Positions 1 through 11,355 of a DNA stretch of 64,000 nt are shown here, piece after piece. A program made the translations under genes and the position numbers. This DNA comes from an uncultured Actinomycetes bacterium (GTDB taxonomy: Bacteria; Actinomycetota; Actinomycetes; Nanopelagicales; Nanopelagicaceae). The stretch spans positions 4,442 through 68,441 of the forward strand of contig CAIMMQ010000017.1 of assembly GCA_903842675.1 (NCBI GenBank). The letters run 5' to 3'. The notes beneath the pieces were generated by a model, which saw only the letters and a program-made list of their open reading frames with translations, did not search any database and was not told where the DNA came from. Each line of letters begins with the position of its first letter. Positions within the stretch are counted from its first letter, which is position 1.

Positions 1-913
1 TCTTGTCGTGCAACGATGAGATATCGCGCAGGAACTTAACGGCGAGAGTTTGAATCTCCTCGGCATTTGCCGCGACGCGGTTTCTACTAAACAGGTAGCC
101 AACAGTGCGAAGTAGCGCCATCATGGAAGTCGGGGTCGCAATCGTTACCCCGAGTCGGAATGAAGTATCAAGGAAATCTGGAATCGCTTTTACGGCCTCA
201 ATAAAGATCGCATCAATCGGTGCATATAAAATAACGAAATCTGGCGATGGGCCACGCTCGGCATATTTACGCTTTGAGAGCGCCTCGATGTGCTTCAGAA
301 GATCTTTTGAATGTTCGGTGAGCAAGCGAGCGCGCTCGGCATCATCTTGGGTTTCAAAGGCTTCATAGAATCTTTGAAATGGAAATTTAGAGTCAATATA
401 TATAACACTGCCACCAGGCATTCCGATTGTTACATCTGGGATAGCACCAGAATCGCCAAGTTTTTCCGAGGCGCTCTGTCTTGTGAAATGTTCGTTCTCA
501 ATTAAGCCAGCGCTCTCGAGTAGTTTTTCAAGATGAGCCTCACCAAACTTGCCGCGAGTTTGTGAACTTGCGAGCGCACCAGCAATCGCGCGAGTTTGCT
601 TAACTAAATTTTCATTGTGTTCGGCCATATATTTAACTTGGTCGGTAATCTCTGCTTCCGCACGAATTCTGCGTCGGTCGGCCTCGCCAGTAGCGAGTGT
701 TAATTTTTCAACGGTCTGTTTCATCGCTTCGAGTTCAGAATTTAATTTTGTCGTGGCCTCAGTTTTGCTTCGCTCGTTCTCAACTTGCTTCTTTAATTCA
801 TCGATTAATGGGTCATTTGATTTAGATCGACCCTTTGTGGCTAAAATCCCAATCAAAATTCCGAGCGTTACCCCGATCAATATGCCCAATATGAGGCCCG
901 TTGTGCTGTTCAT
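1..913 (-). CDS. rmuC: DNA recombination protein RmuC (3' part runs off the window)
   Basis: Not in the ORF track; translated by hand from ATG 913: N-terminal TM (MNSTTGLILGILIGVTLGILIGILA), coiled coil, then RGKFGEAHLEKLLESAGL...PDVTIGMPGGSVIYIDSKFP, typical of RmuC. Confidence 0.85.
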   Translation of the reverse strand, partial: MNSTTGLILGILIGVTLGILIGILATKGRSKSNDPLIDELKKQVENERSKTEATTKLNSELEAMKQTVEKLTLATGEADRRRIRAEAEITDQVKYMAEHNENLVKQTRAIAGALASSQTRGKFGEAHLEKLLESAGLIENEHFTRQSASEKLGDSGAIPDVTIGMPGGSVIYIDSKFPFQRFYEAFETQDDAERARLLTEHSKDLLKHIEALSKRKYAERGPSPDFVILYAPIDAIFIEAVKAIPDFLDTSFRLGVTIATPTSMMALLRTVGYLFSRNRVAANAEEIQTLAVKFLRDISSLHDK

Positions 914-941
914 GTCCGTATCGTGGCAGGAAGCACCGACA
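914..941 (-). promoter_or_regulatory. PafBC/RecA-NDp-like promoter of leaderless rmuC
   Basis: TGTCGG-N10-CACGAT-N6-ATG on the minus strand. Confidence 0.6.
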
Positions 942-964
942 ATCCCGCGTAGGCTCTACTCCTT

Positions 965-2050
965 GTGAGCCTCTCTATTGGAATCGTCGGACTGCCCAAC
1001 GTGGGTAAATCGACCCTTTTTAACGCTCTGACCAAGAACAACGTATTGGCGGCGAACTATCCCTTCGCAACAATCGAGCCAAATGTGGGAATCGTGGGCG
1101 TTCCAGATGCTCGCCTACCAAAGCTCGCTGAAATTTTTACCTCCGAAAAGATTCTGCCTGCCACTGTCTCCTTTGTTGATATCGCCGGAATTGTAAAAGG
1201 CGCATCTGAAGGCGCTGGACTTGGAAATAAATTCCTGGCGAACATTCGCGAGACCGATGCAATCTGTCAGGTCATCCGAGTCTTCACCGATGAGAATGTA
1301 ACTCGCGAAGGTGAACGTGTGGGTTCATTCGTGGATCCGGCATCAGATATTGAAGTCATCAATACCGAACTTGGTTTAGCCGATCTACAAACAATTGAAA
1401 AAGCCCTGCCTAGATTAGAAAAAGAAGCGCGGATTGCCAAAGAGAAAGCCGCCATGATCGAGGTTGTTAAGCAGGCGCAAGAGATTCTTAATTCTGGAAA
1501 ATTACTTTACGGTTCCAAAGTCGACCTAGCCGCGATCGCTGAATTGCACCTAATGACCGCCAAGCCATTCTTATATGTATTTAATGTTGATGCTGCTGAA
1601 CTAAGTGATCCTGCGTTACGCGAAAAACTTCAAGCAATGGTTGCGCCATCAGAAGCAATTTTCTTGGATGCCAAGACAGAAGCCGAACTTGCTGAATTAG
1701 ATGAAGCCGATGCCATGGAATTGTTATCAGCAATTGGTTTAGAAGAACCAGGACTTACAACTCTTGCTCGCGTTGGATTTAATACGTTAGGACTTCAAAC
1801 TTATTTAACCGCTGGTCCAAAAGAGACACGTGCGTGGACAATTCATAAGGGCGATACCGCACCAGTTGCGGCCGGTGTGATTCACACCGATTTCCAAAAA
1901 GGTTTCATTAAGGCCGAAATCGTTGCATTTAACGATTTAGTTGCTGCAGGTTCCATGGCGGAAGCCAAGGCTCGCGGTAAGGTTCGAATGGAAGGCAAAG
2001 AATATGTAATGTCCGACGGCGATGTAGTGGAATTTAGGTTCAATAACTAA
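965..2050 (+). CDS. ychF: Redox-regulated ribosome-binding ATPase YchF
   Basis: [37 protein letters not shown]-terminal [16 protein letters not shown]. Confidence 0.97.
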   Translation: MSLSIGIVGLPNVGKSTLFNALTKNNVLAANYPFATIEPNVGIVGVPDARLPKLAEIFTSEKILPATVSFVDIAGIVKGASEGAGLGNKFLANIRETDAICQVIRVFTDENVTREGERVGSFVDPASDIEVINTELGLADLQTIEKALPRLEKEARIAKEKAAMIEVVKQAQEILNSGKLLYGSKVDLAAIAELHLMTAKPFLYVFNVDAAELSDPALREKLQAMVAPSEAIFLDAKTEAELAELDEADAMELLSAIGLEEPGLTTLARVGFNTLGLQTYLTAGPKETRAWTIHKGDTAPVAAGVIHTDFQKGFIKAEIVAFNDLVAAGSMAEAKARGKVRMEGKEYVMSDGDVVEFRFNN

Positions 2051-3957
2051 TGACAAAAATTAAGTACGAGAAGAGCCCATATATAACTGGCGAGCTTAAG
2101 AAGCGCGATGACCTGCGAAATGTGGCGATTATTGCCCACGTTGACCATGGCAAGACGACGCTTGTTGACGCGATGCTTACTCAGTCCGGTGCATTTTCCG
2201 AGCACCAGAAAGAGGGCGAGAACCGCGATCGAGTGATGGATTCCATGGATCTAGAACGCGAAAAGGGAATCACGATTCTTGCGAAGAACACTTCGATTCG
2301 TCGTGGTGCCCAGACCGTAAACATTATTGATACACCAGGCCACGCCGACTTCGGTGGCGAAGTAGAACGTGGACTTGAAATGGTCGACGGTGTGATTCTT
2401 CTTGTTGACGCGTCTGAAGGCCCACTTCCACAAACTCGCTTCGTACTTCGTAAAGCGCTCGAGAAGAACCTTCCTGTTATTTTGGTCATTAACAAAGTTG
2501 ACCGTCCCGATTCCCGAATTCCAGAAGTTGTTGATGAGGCTTATGGCCTATTCATGGATCTCGATGCGAATGATGATCAAATTGAATTCCCAGTTGTCTA
2601 CGCATCTGCTAAAGCTGGTCGCGCTTCGATGACTCGCCCAGAAAATGGTGTGATGCCAGATCGCGAAAACCTAGATACGTTATTTGATGTCATCTTCAAT
2701 ACGATTCCAGCACCGGTTTATCACGAAGATGCACCGCTACAAGCACACGTTACAAACTTGGACTCATCTCCTTACCTTGGTCGCCTGGCGCTATGTCGTA
2801 TTCGCGAAGGCGTAATTAAAAAGGGCGAGAACGTAATGTGGATGAAGACTGATGGCACAACTGAACGCGTAAAGATTTCGGAACTGCTAATTACTAATGG
2901 CCTAGAGCGGGTTTCTGCCCTCGAAGCTGGTCCTGGCGACATCGTCGCTATTGCCGGAATTGAAACTATTACATTAGGTGAAACTCTTGCAGACCTAGAA
3001 AGACCACATGCACTGCCATTGATCATTGTTGATGAGCCATCAATTTCGATGACAATCGGTATCAATACTTCACCTATTGCTGGTCAAGAAGGCAAGCTAC
3101 TTACTGCTCGCCAAGTGAAGAACCGTTTGGATGCCGAATTAGTCGGTAATGTTTCACTTCGAGTTCTAAATACCGAACGTCCAGATACTTGGGAAGTTCA
3201 GGGTCGCGGTGAGTTACAACTTGCAGTCCTAGTTGAAATCATGCGCCGTGAAGGTTTCGAATTGACTGTTGGTAAGCCACAAGTTGTGGTCAAAATGGTT
3301 AACGGAAAACTTCAGGAACCTATGGAGCGTCTAACTATCGATATCCCAGAAGATTTCCTTGGTGTCGTCACACAACTAATGGCACTTCGTAAAGGCCGCA
3401 TGGAGCAAATGGTTAACCATGGCACCGGATGGATCCGCATGGATTACAAGGTTCCTTCTCGTGGTCTGATTGGTTTTCGTACCGAGTTCTTAACTGAAAC
3501 TCGCGGAACCGGACTTCTGCACCATGTATTTGATGGTTACGAAAACTGGAACGGTGAAATTCGCACTCGTTTGAGTGGGTCACTTGTTGCAGATCGTCGT
3601 GGCACAGTTACTGCATACGCAGTTGATGGTGTTCAAGAGCGCGGCGTCATTTTCCTTGAAGTTGGTACTGAAGTTTATGAGGGCATGATTGTTGGCGAGA
3701 ATTCACGTACCGAAGATATGGATGTAAATATCATTCGCGAAAAGAAGCTAACCAATATGCGTTCATCGGGCGCTGATGATGCCAATCGCATCATTCCGCC
3801 ACGGCTGCTTAACTTGGAACAAGCGCTGGAATTCTGCCGTGAAGACGAGTGCGTTGAGGTAACTCCAAAGCACGTACGTGTTCGCAAAACTATCCTCGAT
3901 CAGAGCGAACGTGCTCGTAATGTGGGTCGTGCGAAGAAGGCTAACCTCGAGTCCTAA
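2050..3957 (+). CDS. typA: Translational GTPase TypA/BipA
   Basis: [42 protein letters not shown], BipA-type C-terminus [10 protein letters not shown]...[11 protein letters not shown]. Confidence 0.96.
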   Translation: MTKIKYEKSPYITGELKKRDDLRNVAIIAHVDHGKTTLVDAMLTQSGAFSEHQKEGENRDRVMDSMDLEREKGITILAKNTSIRRGAQTVNIIDTPGHADFGGEVERGLEMVDGVILLVDASEGPLPQTRFVLRKALEKNLPVILVINKVDRPDSRIPEVVDEAYGLFMDLDANDDQIEFPVVYASAKAGRASMTRPENGVMPDRENLDTLFDVIFNTIPAPVYHEDAPLQAHVTNLDSSPYLGRLALCRIREGVIKKGENVMWMKTDGTTERVKISELLITNGLERVSALEAGPGDIVAIAGIETITLGETLADLERPHALPLIIVDEPSISMTIGINTSPIAGQEGKLLTARQVKNRLDAELVGNVSLRVLNTERPDTWEVQGRGELQLAVLVEIMRREGFELTVGKPQVVVKMVNGKLQEPMERLTIDIPEDFLGVVTQLMALRKGRMEQMVNHGTGWIRMDYKVPSRGLIGFRTEFLTETRGTGLLHHVFDGYENWNGEIRTRLSGSLVADRRGTVTAYAVDGVQERGVIFLEVGTEVYEGMIVGENSRTEDMDVNIIREKKLTNMRSSGADDANRIIPPRLLNLEQALEFCREDECVEVTPKHVRVRKTILDQSERARNVGRAKKANLES

Positions 3958-3995
3958 TAAATCCAGAGTCCTAAAAGACCTGACTTACAGGCAGA

Positions 3996-4023
3996 TGTCG
4001 GGGGCATTGGGTTAGATAGCCCT
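3996..4023 (+). promoter_or_regulatory. PafBC/RecA-NDp-like promoter of adnAB
   Basis: TGTCGG-N10-TTAGAT-N6-ATG (the -10 element is imperfect). Confidence 0.55.
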
Positions 4024-7000
4024 ATGACCCCGGCGCCTGGCAAATCTCAATCCCCTAAATCGCAAGGCCTTAAATTGCTGCGCCGAACCGTGGTGCAAAG
4101 CGAATTTAAACCAACCGTAAACCAGAGCGCAGTTATTGATTCAGTCCTAAATTCCACAGATTCACGTTTGATTGTTTACGGCCCGGCCGGTTCTGGAAAG
4201 AGCGCAACACTTGTCGAAAGTGTTGTTAGGAAAATTGCCGCTGGCTTCGATTCGAATTCTATTTTGGTACTTGCTTATGGCCGCGAGCGAGCGTCGCAAC
4301 TTCGCGATGAGATCGTTATCCAAAGTGGCGCCAGCGCATTTGAACCACTTGTTAGAACTTTTCACTCACTTGCCTTCTCAATCATAAATACCCAACTTGA
4401 TTTAGATAGTCCGAAATATGTTCTAATCTCTGGCGCCGAACAAGATTCATTTATTCGCGATTTGTTGGCCCATCCCGAGAATTCACCAGGGGTAAATTGG
4501 CCAGCCGAATTGAGCGCAGCACTTGGAACTCGTGGATTTGCACGCGAACTTCGAGATTTAATGTTGCGCGCGAGTGAACGAAACTTTTCTTACAAGAAGT
4601 TAATTGAAAAAGCCCAATTATTAAATGAGCCGTGGTGGATTCCCGCCGCAAAATTCTGGGAGTCATACGACAACATTCTCGGACTTCGCTATGGCATCGT
4701 GCCTGGCACGCCGCTTCGAATTGATCCAAGCTCAATAATTTCACTCGCAATTAATCAGTTGCGCACGGATGCCAAATTATTAGCAGAATGGCAGAACCGC
4801 TTTAAATTGATTTTGGTAGATGAATTCCAGGAGAGCGATAGCGCCCAGCGCGAATTACTTGAACTTTTATCCGGCCCACAAGTCTGCATTTTTGCTGACC
4901 CTAATTCCACCGTTGGTCAATTCCGCGGCGCCGAACCAGAAGGTATTTCAACCTTCGTTCGTAACAATAAATACAAGTCGGTTTACTTAGATCAGGCGCT
5001 ACGTGGCACACCTTCAATGAATGATCTGACTCGTGCCATCACCGAAAAGCTACCGAATCGCACTGGCATTGGTCTCGTTAAAGAGATTGAATTTATCGGG
5101 AAAGATCGCGGTGTCGATGTTGCAAAATTGGCCAACCAAGTTGATTGCGCAAATTACATCGCCCACGCATTTAGAACTGCACATCTTCAAGGCGGCCTTG
5201 CCTGGTCGCAGATGGCGGTTATTCTGCGCTCACCCGGTGCTGCAGTCGCCTCGCTAACCCGTGCTTTCGCCTTAAATAACATTCCAATTGAAATTGATGC
5301 TGATGCACTTTCACTTGGGGAAAACCCAGCAGTCACGCCGATTTTAACTATCGCCGAGGTTGCACTTGGTCGCATTGCCTTAACTCCAGCAAATTGGGAG
5401 GCGATTGAAGAGTTACTGCTCAGTGAATTCGGGGGCGCTGATGCACTTTCAATTCGACAAATGCGAATCGATATTGCCAAAGTTCGCGGCGACGATGGCG
5501 CTACTCGGTCATCAACCGAAATAATCTTAAGCATTTTAAATGAAAACGATGCACCGCTGCCTTGGGAACAAATTAAGAGCCTGAAACAGATTGCAGATTT
5601 GATTGCGGCCGCTCGTCTAGAAATTAAACGCGGTGGTGATATTTCAGATTTGATTTGGGCAATTTGGAGTTCGGCAAAGAGTTATGACGGCGCAAACATG
5701 GCAAATAGTTGGCGCACTCGTGCAATTGCTGGTGGTGTTCGTGGGGCGGCGGCAGATCGTGATCTTGATGCAGTTATTCAACTTTTTGAATCAGCTAGAC
5801 GTTTTGCCGAACGAATGCCCGGCGCCGGTCCACAATTATTTATTGATCAGATACGAGGCGAATCCATCCTCAGTGATGCGATAACCGCACAAGGGCAGCG
5901 AACTGAGGTAGTTCGCGTTATGACCGTGCACTCCACCAAAGGTTTGGAATGGGAACTCGTTGCGCTAACTGGGCTACAAGAAGGAATCTGGCCTAACTTG
6001 CGGGCACGCGGCTCACTTCTTGGCAGCGAACGTCTTGTTGAATCCGAACGAAGTGGAATGGAATCTTTAGTTGCACGAAGTGAAATTGAGGCAAGTGCGG
6101 CAAGTGCACTAATAGAAGATGAACGACGCCTCCTTGGTGTTGCGCTCTCGCGGGCGAAGTCCGGGCTGATAATTACCGCATTTTCCAAAGATGATGATTC
6201 CGAGCCGTCACAATATTTCGACGAGATTTACGAGCATGTTTATGGGAACTCATCAGAAGATGCGTCAGTTAAAGATCTGCCCAGATCACTAACACCACAG
6301 GCACTTGTTGCAACTTTACGTCGCAACCTTATGACTGGCACACCGGATGAGAAAGAATTTGCAGCCGGGTTATTAAAGACTCTTGCCAATGAAGGAATTA
6401 CCAGCGCAGATCCAGGTAGTTGGCTTGGGGCGAGTGAGCTAAGTAGCTTCGAACCTTCACTGCCAGTTTTGGAAAAAGTTTCGGTTTCACCAAGCAACCT
6501 ACAAAGTTTCTCAGAGTGCGGGCTCAAATGGTTTATTGAGAAGAGCGGTGGCCGTGACGGTGATTCAACCGCCCAGCTTCTTGGTATAGCAATTCATGCT
6601 CTTGCAGCGATGTTAAAAGAAAATCCTGACATGCAAGTTAAAGAGATGGAAGATCGCCTGGCAAGTAATTGGGCGTTGATAGATGGAAACAAAGGTTGGG
6701 TACGTGATTATCAATTCACGCGAGCAGTGGAGAAGCTTCGGAAATTTTACGAATGGCAGAAGAAGAATCCCAATTCACTATTCGCGGTTGAAGCAAAATT
6801 CCATAAGGAAATTGGCCGGGCAATATTCAATGGAAGTGTTGATCGCGTTGAAATAGATGCACAAGGTCGGGTTTATATTGTTGATTTAAAGAGCGGGGCC
6901 TCGGATGTAACTAAAGATGCTGCGCAAGAACATAAACAACTAGCTGGTTACCAACTCGCAATCTATGAAGAATCATTTACCGAAATTAAGCCGGGTGGTG

Positions 7001-7227
7001 AGAGTGGCGGCGCCGAGTTAGTTTTTCTTGGTAACGATTCCAAAACCGCATCGGTAAAGAAGCAAGGACCGCTCGATCACCAAACAATCAAGGCACAAGT
7101 AATTGAAGCCGCCGATGCCATGTCCGCTGCTCAATTTAGTGCCACCGTAAATAAGCATTGCCGTACCTGTTCAGTCTCATTAATCTGCCCAATCCAGCCA
7201 CAAGGTCGGTCGGTGATTGAGCCATGA
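4024..7227 (+). CDS. adnA: AdnA-like UvrD/REP helicase-RecB-type nuclease subunit with Fe-S cysteines
   Basis: GPAGSGKS, DEFQES, TVHSTKGLEW; nuclease GSVDRVE..IVDLKSG..QLAGYQL; Cys set SECG + HCRTC...ICP; tandem with a second helicase-nuclease. Confidence 0.85.
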   Translation: MTPAPGKSQSPKSQGLKLLRRTVVQSEFKPTVNQSAVIDSVLNSTDSRLIVYGPAGSGKSATLVESVVRKIAAGFDSNSILVLAYGRERASQLRDEIVIQSGASAFEPLVRTFHSLAFSIINTQLDLDSPKYVLISGAEQDSFIRDLLAHPENSPGVNWPAELSAALGTRGFARELRDLMLRASERNFSYKKLIEKAQLLNEPWWIPAAKFWESYDNILGLRYGIVPGTPLRIDPSSIISLAINQLRTDAKLLAEWQNRFKLILVDEFQESDSAQRELLELLSGPQVCIFADPNSTVGQFRGAEPEGISTFVRNNKYKSVYLDQALRGTPSMNDLTRAITEKLPNRTGIGLVKEIEFIGKDRGVDVAKLANQVDCANYIAHAFRTAHLQGGLAWSQMAVILRSPGAAVASLTRAFALNNIPIEIDADALSLGENPAVTPILTIAEVALGRIALTPANWEAIEELLLSEFGGADALSIRQMRIDIAKVRGDDGATRSSTEIILSILNENDAPLPWEQIKSLKQIADLIAAARLEIKRGGDISDLIWAIWSSAKSYDGANMANSWRTRAIAGGVRGAAADRDLDAVIQLFESARRFAERMPGAGPQLFIDQIRGESILSDAITAQGQRTEVVRVMTVHSTKGLEWELVALTGLQEGIWPNLRARGSLLGSERLVESERSGMESLVARSEIEASAASALIEDERRLLGVALSRAKSGLIITAFSKDDDSEPSQYFDEIYEHVYGNSSEDASVKDLPRSLTPQALVATLRRNLMTGTPDEKEFAAGLLKTLANEGITSADPGSWLGASELSSFEPSLPVLEKVSVSPSNLQSFSECGLKWFIEKSGGRDGDSTAQLLGIAIHALAAMLKENPDMQVKEMEDRLASNWALIDGNKGWVRDYQFTRAVEKLRKFYEWQKKNPNSLFAVEAKFHKEIGRAIFNGSVDRVEIDAQGRVYIVDLKSGASDVTKDAAQEHKQLAGYQLAIYEESFTEIKPGGESGGAELVFLGNDSKTASVKKQGPLDHQTIKAQVIEAADAMSAAQFSATVNKHCRTCSVSLICPIQPQGRSVIEP

Positions 7228-10200
7228 GCCAGACCCCCGGCGTTATAAAGAACCCCAAGTACAGTGCGAAACAGATAGGTGATGCGCTGCGCATCGAAGA
7301 TCCAAATTTCAAAGGACCAAGTCCAGAACAAATTCCGATTATTGAATCCACTCATTTTGGTCCAACGGTAATTATTGCTGGCGCCGGTTCTGGAAAAACC
7401 GAAACAATGAGCGCAAGAGTTCTCTGGTTAGTAGCAAATGGTTTTGTTAAACCCGAGGAAATACTTGGCCTTACCTTCACCAGAAAGGCTGCTGGCGAAC
7501 TTTCAAGTCGAATCAGAAGGCGGCTACGCCAACTTCGCAAAGCTGGCCTCTTGCCGCTCGATCCACAAACGGGCTCAAGTGTCGAAATTGTAGTAACAGT
7601 TGCTACTTATCACTCATATGCGGGACGAGTTCTAAGCGATCATGCAATTCGTATGGGAATCGATGTCAGCGCAGAACCAATTGGTGAAGCAGCTGCCTGG
7701 CAAATTGCGAATAACATTGTCAATAATTTTGAATCAATTACCGGTTATGAAATCCAACACTCGGCAAAGACCGTTGTAGATAAAGTTATGGACTTATCTG
7801 CGGCGCTTGGCGAACATGGCAAAAGCGTGGGCGAGCTTCATGATTTCTTGGTTACCGAACTTGCTAAATATCAAGCTGTTGACGATACGAAATCAAATGA
7901 CACCTTCCGTGATGCCAAAGCAACTTTAAATGAGCGACTTGCGATATTGCCAATGGTCGAGGCTTATGATCGCCATCGCCTCGAGCGTGGACTTCTAACT
8001 TTTAATGATCAAATGTCGCTTGCCGCAAAGCTAGTAACTCAAGATTTGGGAATTGAAGTAGCGGCCTCCGAGCGCAACAAGTACAAAGTTGTTTTACTAG
8101 ATGAGTACCAAGACACCTCGGTCAGCCAAGTTAAATTCTTAGCTGCGCTATTTGGACAGGGCCACTTTGTCACCGCAGTTGGCGATCCAAATCAGGCAAT
8201 TTATGGCTGGCGCAGCGCTAGCGCTCAGACGCTCTCCACATTTGGCCGCACCTTTACCGGTTCTTCAAACGTCCCTTGTTTAGAACATAATCTTTTAACA
8301 ACCTGGCGTAATGATGAAAATATTTTAGAGATGGCCAATGAAGTGGTTGATCACATCGGAGAACTGATCGCAGCAATCCCGAGCCGGCCCGGTCTATCTC
8401 GAACAGATAAAGTCGAACGGCTAAAACTTCGCCCAGGTGCAAATAAAGGTGAACTTGTCTGTGGTCAATATGAATCACTCACCCAAGAGGCCGAAGCAAT
8501 TGCCGATTACTTTGCCAAGAGTTGGTTTGATCCAAGTCGAACCAAGGATCCGTTAAAGCCTAAAACTTTTGCAGTTCTTGTAAGAAATCGCCGCTACATC
8601 CCAGAGATAGAGCAAGCACTTCGTTCCCGAAATATTCCAGTCGAAGTTGTTGGCTTAGGTGGGTTGATTCATATTCCGGAAGTTGCCGACATTCTTGCTC
8701 TCCTTAGAACTTTAATTTTCCCAAATCTCGGAAGCTCGCTGATACGCCTAATCACTGGTCCACACCTCGCACTTGGCCCGCAAGATTTGACAGCACTCGG
8801 AAAATTCTCGCGCTCACTGGTAAAAAACCAGAGCGAATCACTAAGCAAGACGGTAGAAAATCTGATGTCGGCGCCAAGTGATGAAACCTTAGAAGCGGAA
8901 GATTTTGCAATAGGCAGTGCGATTGAAGCGCTAGATGTCTTTGAAAAAGCCCCACGTGAATATTTTTCACCTGCTGGGTACGAACGCCTAATGAATTTTG
9001 CAAAAGATCTCAAGGTTCTTCGCAGACATTTAACTGGGGGAATTACTGATGCAATTCTTGAAGCCGAGCGCTTCCTCCACTTAGATACTGAAGTTTTGGT
9101 ACGCGATGGCTGGCAGAGCGGTAGAAAGTATCTAGATCAATTCTTGGATGAAGCTGCAAAATTTGCGCGCAATGGTGGGACGCTCTCATCCTTCCTGGAT
9201 TGGCTCAAAATTGCCGACTCCGAAGAAGGCGGTTTAAAGCCGACATCAATTGAGGTAAATAAAGAAGCCGTACAAATTCTTACTGTTCATGCTGCAAAAG
9301 GTTCGGAATGGGACTTTGTTGCAGTGCCTGGATTAGTTGAACGAAATTTCCCAAGTTCTGGCAAGTCACTTGATATCTGGACCAAGAATGTGGGCGCTTT
9401 GCCACTTGCACTTCGCGGCGACGGTGATCAATTCACTGACTTTAAATTCCCAAGTGCAGATCCCAAGCCAGTTGACGTTAGAAAAGCGCTCGAAGCATTT
9501 GAAGATTATTGGAAGGCGGGTCGCGAACAAGAAGAGTGGCGCTTGGCTTATGTAGCCTTCACGCGGGCCAAAAGTAATTTAATCGCAACCGCCTCATGGT
9601 TTGGCTCTGGAATTGAGGCAGTAAATCCAAGTGCGCTCTATCAACTAGTTGATGAATTAGTTTCTAAGCAAAGTGCAGCAAATGTAATTAGTAAGGTCCC
9701 CAAGCCAGATGGCGATAATCCGGCTATCGAAAATCCGCGAACCGGAAGTTGGCCGAGCACATCCAAACGTAGTGTGGAAATTATGAAAAGCGCAGATTTG
9801 GTGCGAAGCGCAGTTGCACTTGATCTCTCTAGCGCCAATCTCAAAGATGCTACGAATAACTCATTCATCAGTGATGCCCTTGCCCTTATTGCCGAGGCAA
9901 ATCGAGGTAGCGCTGGCGTAGATATTTATCTACCAACTCGAATATCAGTTTCAACACTTGTAAATTTGGCGAAAGATCCAGATGAATTAGCGCTAAATAT
10001 TCGCCGGCCAATCCCAAATCACATTGACCGATTTGCCCGGCGCGGCACTGAGTTTCACTTATGGGTTGAGAAACAATTTAGTGATGCAAAAATCTTTGAT
10101 GAAGATATCTTTGAAACTGCGACACGTTCGCCAGAAGACCTAGCGTTAAAGGAGCTACAAGAATCCTGGCTTGCTAGTTCATGGGCGAAAAAATCCCCAG

Positions 10201-10514
10201 TGGCAGGTGGTGTTGAAGTACCTTTCGAAACAGTTCTTGGCGGCGTATTAGTTCGTGGCCGCATCGATGCGGTTTATAAAGAGGGCGATAAGTACGAAGT
10301 TGTGGATTGGAAAACTGGCCGAGAAAAGAGCGGAGATGATCTGGAAGTTGCTGCAATCCAGCTTGCTACCTATCGTCTGGCCTACGCAAAACTTCACAAT
10401 ATTGCCCTAGAAAATATCAGTGCAGCATTTCATTATGTCGGTAGCAATCAAAGCGTTCGCCCAGCAGATTTAATGACCGAGGCAGAGTTAATTTCAATCA
10501 TTACGGGTAAGTGA
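7224..10514 (+). CDS. adnB: AdnB-like UvrD/REP helicase-nuclease subunit
   Basis: AGAGSGKTETM, LDEYQDT, GDPNQAIYGWR, TVHAAKGSEW, RGRIDAVY..VVDWKTG..QLATYRLA; ATGA overlap with adnA. Confidence 0.88.
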   Translation: MSQTPGVIKNPKYSAKQIGDALRIEDPNFKGPSPEQIPIIESTHFGPTVIIAGAGSGKTETMSARVLWLVANGFVKPEEILGLTFTRKAAGELSSRIRRRLRQLRKAGLLPLDPQTGSSVEIVVTVATYHSYAGRVLSDHAIRMGIDVSAEPIGEAAAWQIANNIVNNFESITGYEIQHSAKTVVDKVMDLSAALGEHGKSVGELHDFLVTELAKYQAVDDTKSNDTFRDAKATLNERLAILPMVEAYDRHRLERGLLTFNDQMSLAAKLVTQDLGIEVAASERNKYKVVLLDEYQDTSVSQVKFLAALFGQGHFVTAVGDPNQAIYGWRSASAQTLSTFGRTFTGSSNVPCLEHNLLTTWRNDENILEMANEVVDHIGELIAAIPSRPGLSRTDKVERLKLRPGANKGELVCGQYESLTQEAEAIADYFAKSWFDPSRTKDPLKPKTFAVLVRNRRYIPEIEQALRSRNIPVEVVGLGGLIHIPEVADILALLRTLIFPNLGSSLIRLITGPHLALGPQDLTALGKFSRSLVKNQSESLSKTVENLMSAPSDETLEAEDFAIGSAIEALDVFEKAPREYFSPAGYERLMNFAKDLKVLRRHLTGGITDAILEAERFLHLDTEVLVRDGWQSGRKYLDQFLDEAAKFARNGGTLSSFLDWLKIADSEEGGLKPTSIEVNKEAVQILTVHAAKGSEWDFVAVPGLVERNFPSSGKSLDIWTKNVGALPLALRGDGDQFTDFKFPSADPKPVDVRKALEAFEDYWKAGREQEEWRLAYVAFTRAKSNLIATASWFGSGIEAVNPSALYQLVDELVSKQSAANVISKVPKPDGDNPAIENPRTGSWPSTSKRSVEIMKSADLVRSAVALDLSSANLKDATNNSFISDALALIAEANRGSAGVDIYLPTRISVSTLVNLAKDPDELALNIRRPIPNHIDRFARRGTEFHLWVEKQFSDAKIFDEDIFETATRSPEDLALKELQESWLASSWAKKSPVAGGVEVPFETVLGGVLVRGRIDAVYKEGDKYEVVDWKTGREKSGDDLEVAAIQLATYRLAYAKLHNIALENISAAFHYVGSNQSVRPADLMTEAELISIITGK

Positions 10515-11296
10515 TCACTAAATCCGGTTGGTTGCCCTGCTACCGGAATTGCGTCTAGTTCTGAATCACTAAGGATGTAATCAAACTGAATCTTTGGACC
10601 CCAAGTTGGATATGTAGCCATCTCATCTAGGGATCGCCATTTCGAAAATTTAACTGGGATATTAAATGGCAGATTTAAATCGCCCATCAATATATGTGTG
10701 CCAGGAAGTTGGCCGAGCCAGCGCTTTACTCGAAGTAGTTGGTAGAGATTTACAAAGGGAACAAAAGATAGGTGAGTAACTGCAACCGTGTAGCCATTCT
10801 CAAGTTCTGCCGCTATTGCAATTCTTGGTTCATCCTTCACATACATAAAGCGCAAACCGCGCTGTGATGCAACTGGTAGTGGTAAACCAATTAGGGAACG
10901 ACCCAGTGGCAAGAGGTGCCATTTTTTTACTGGCACTTTGGAAATTAGGCCGATGCCATAAGAACTTTCAAAGCGATTACTAACTTCTGATTCATTAGTT
11001 ATTAATTGCGGTTCATTTTTCTTTAGTTTTCGCCATCGAACACCTGGGGTGCCAATTACACAGCGCCCATAGCCCCAATGATTTATGCCAGTTGGTCCAG
11101 ATAATCCAGATAATTTTGCCAATTCTTTTACTTGAGAATATTCACCAGAGCGAGCTTGATTCTCATCAACTTCTTGCAGGCCCACAACATCACTAGAAAG
11201 GTGTTTAGAGATGGCTGCCAGGTCGCCGGAAATAACCACCTTGCCATCAACCGGAACAGCCTGACCATGGAGCAAATTCCACGAAGTTAACCTCAC
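10448..11296 (-). CDS. Endonuclease/exonuclease/phosphatase (EEP) family protein
   Basis: SWNL, GLQEVD, THLS, MGDLN, FDYIL, SDHLPV motifs; leaderless TAGGGT-N6-GTG. Confidence 0.88.
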   Translation of the reverse strand: MRLTSWNLLHGQAVPVDGKVVISGDLAAISKHLSSDVVGLQEVDENQARSGEYSQVKELAKLSGLSGPTGINHWGYGRCVIGTPGVRWRKLKKNEPQLITNESEVSNRFESSYGIGLISKVPVKKWHLLPLGRSLIGLPLPVASQRGLRFMYVKDEPRIAIAAELENGYTVAVTHLSFVPFVNLYQLLRVKRWLGQLPGTHILMGDLNLPFNIPVKFSKWRSLDEMATYPTWGPKIQFDYILSDSELDAIPVAGQPTGFSDHLPVMIEINSASVIKSAGRTL

Positions 11297-11355
11297 AGGC
11301 AGACCCTAGTCGCCTCGCTAGTCGGTCAGTAGCCCGACCCTAGTAAGGTCGGCAC

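Noticed and set aside
105-968. Plus-strand ORFs 105-368, 311-505 and 549-968, and the many other antisense or shadow ORFs in the track
   Set aside because: They overlap well-supported genes (here rmuC) on the opposite strand or in another frame and have no motifs.
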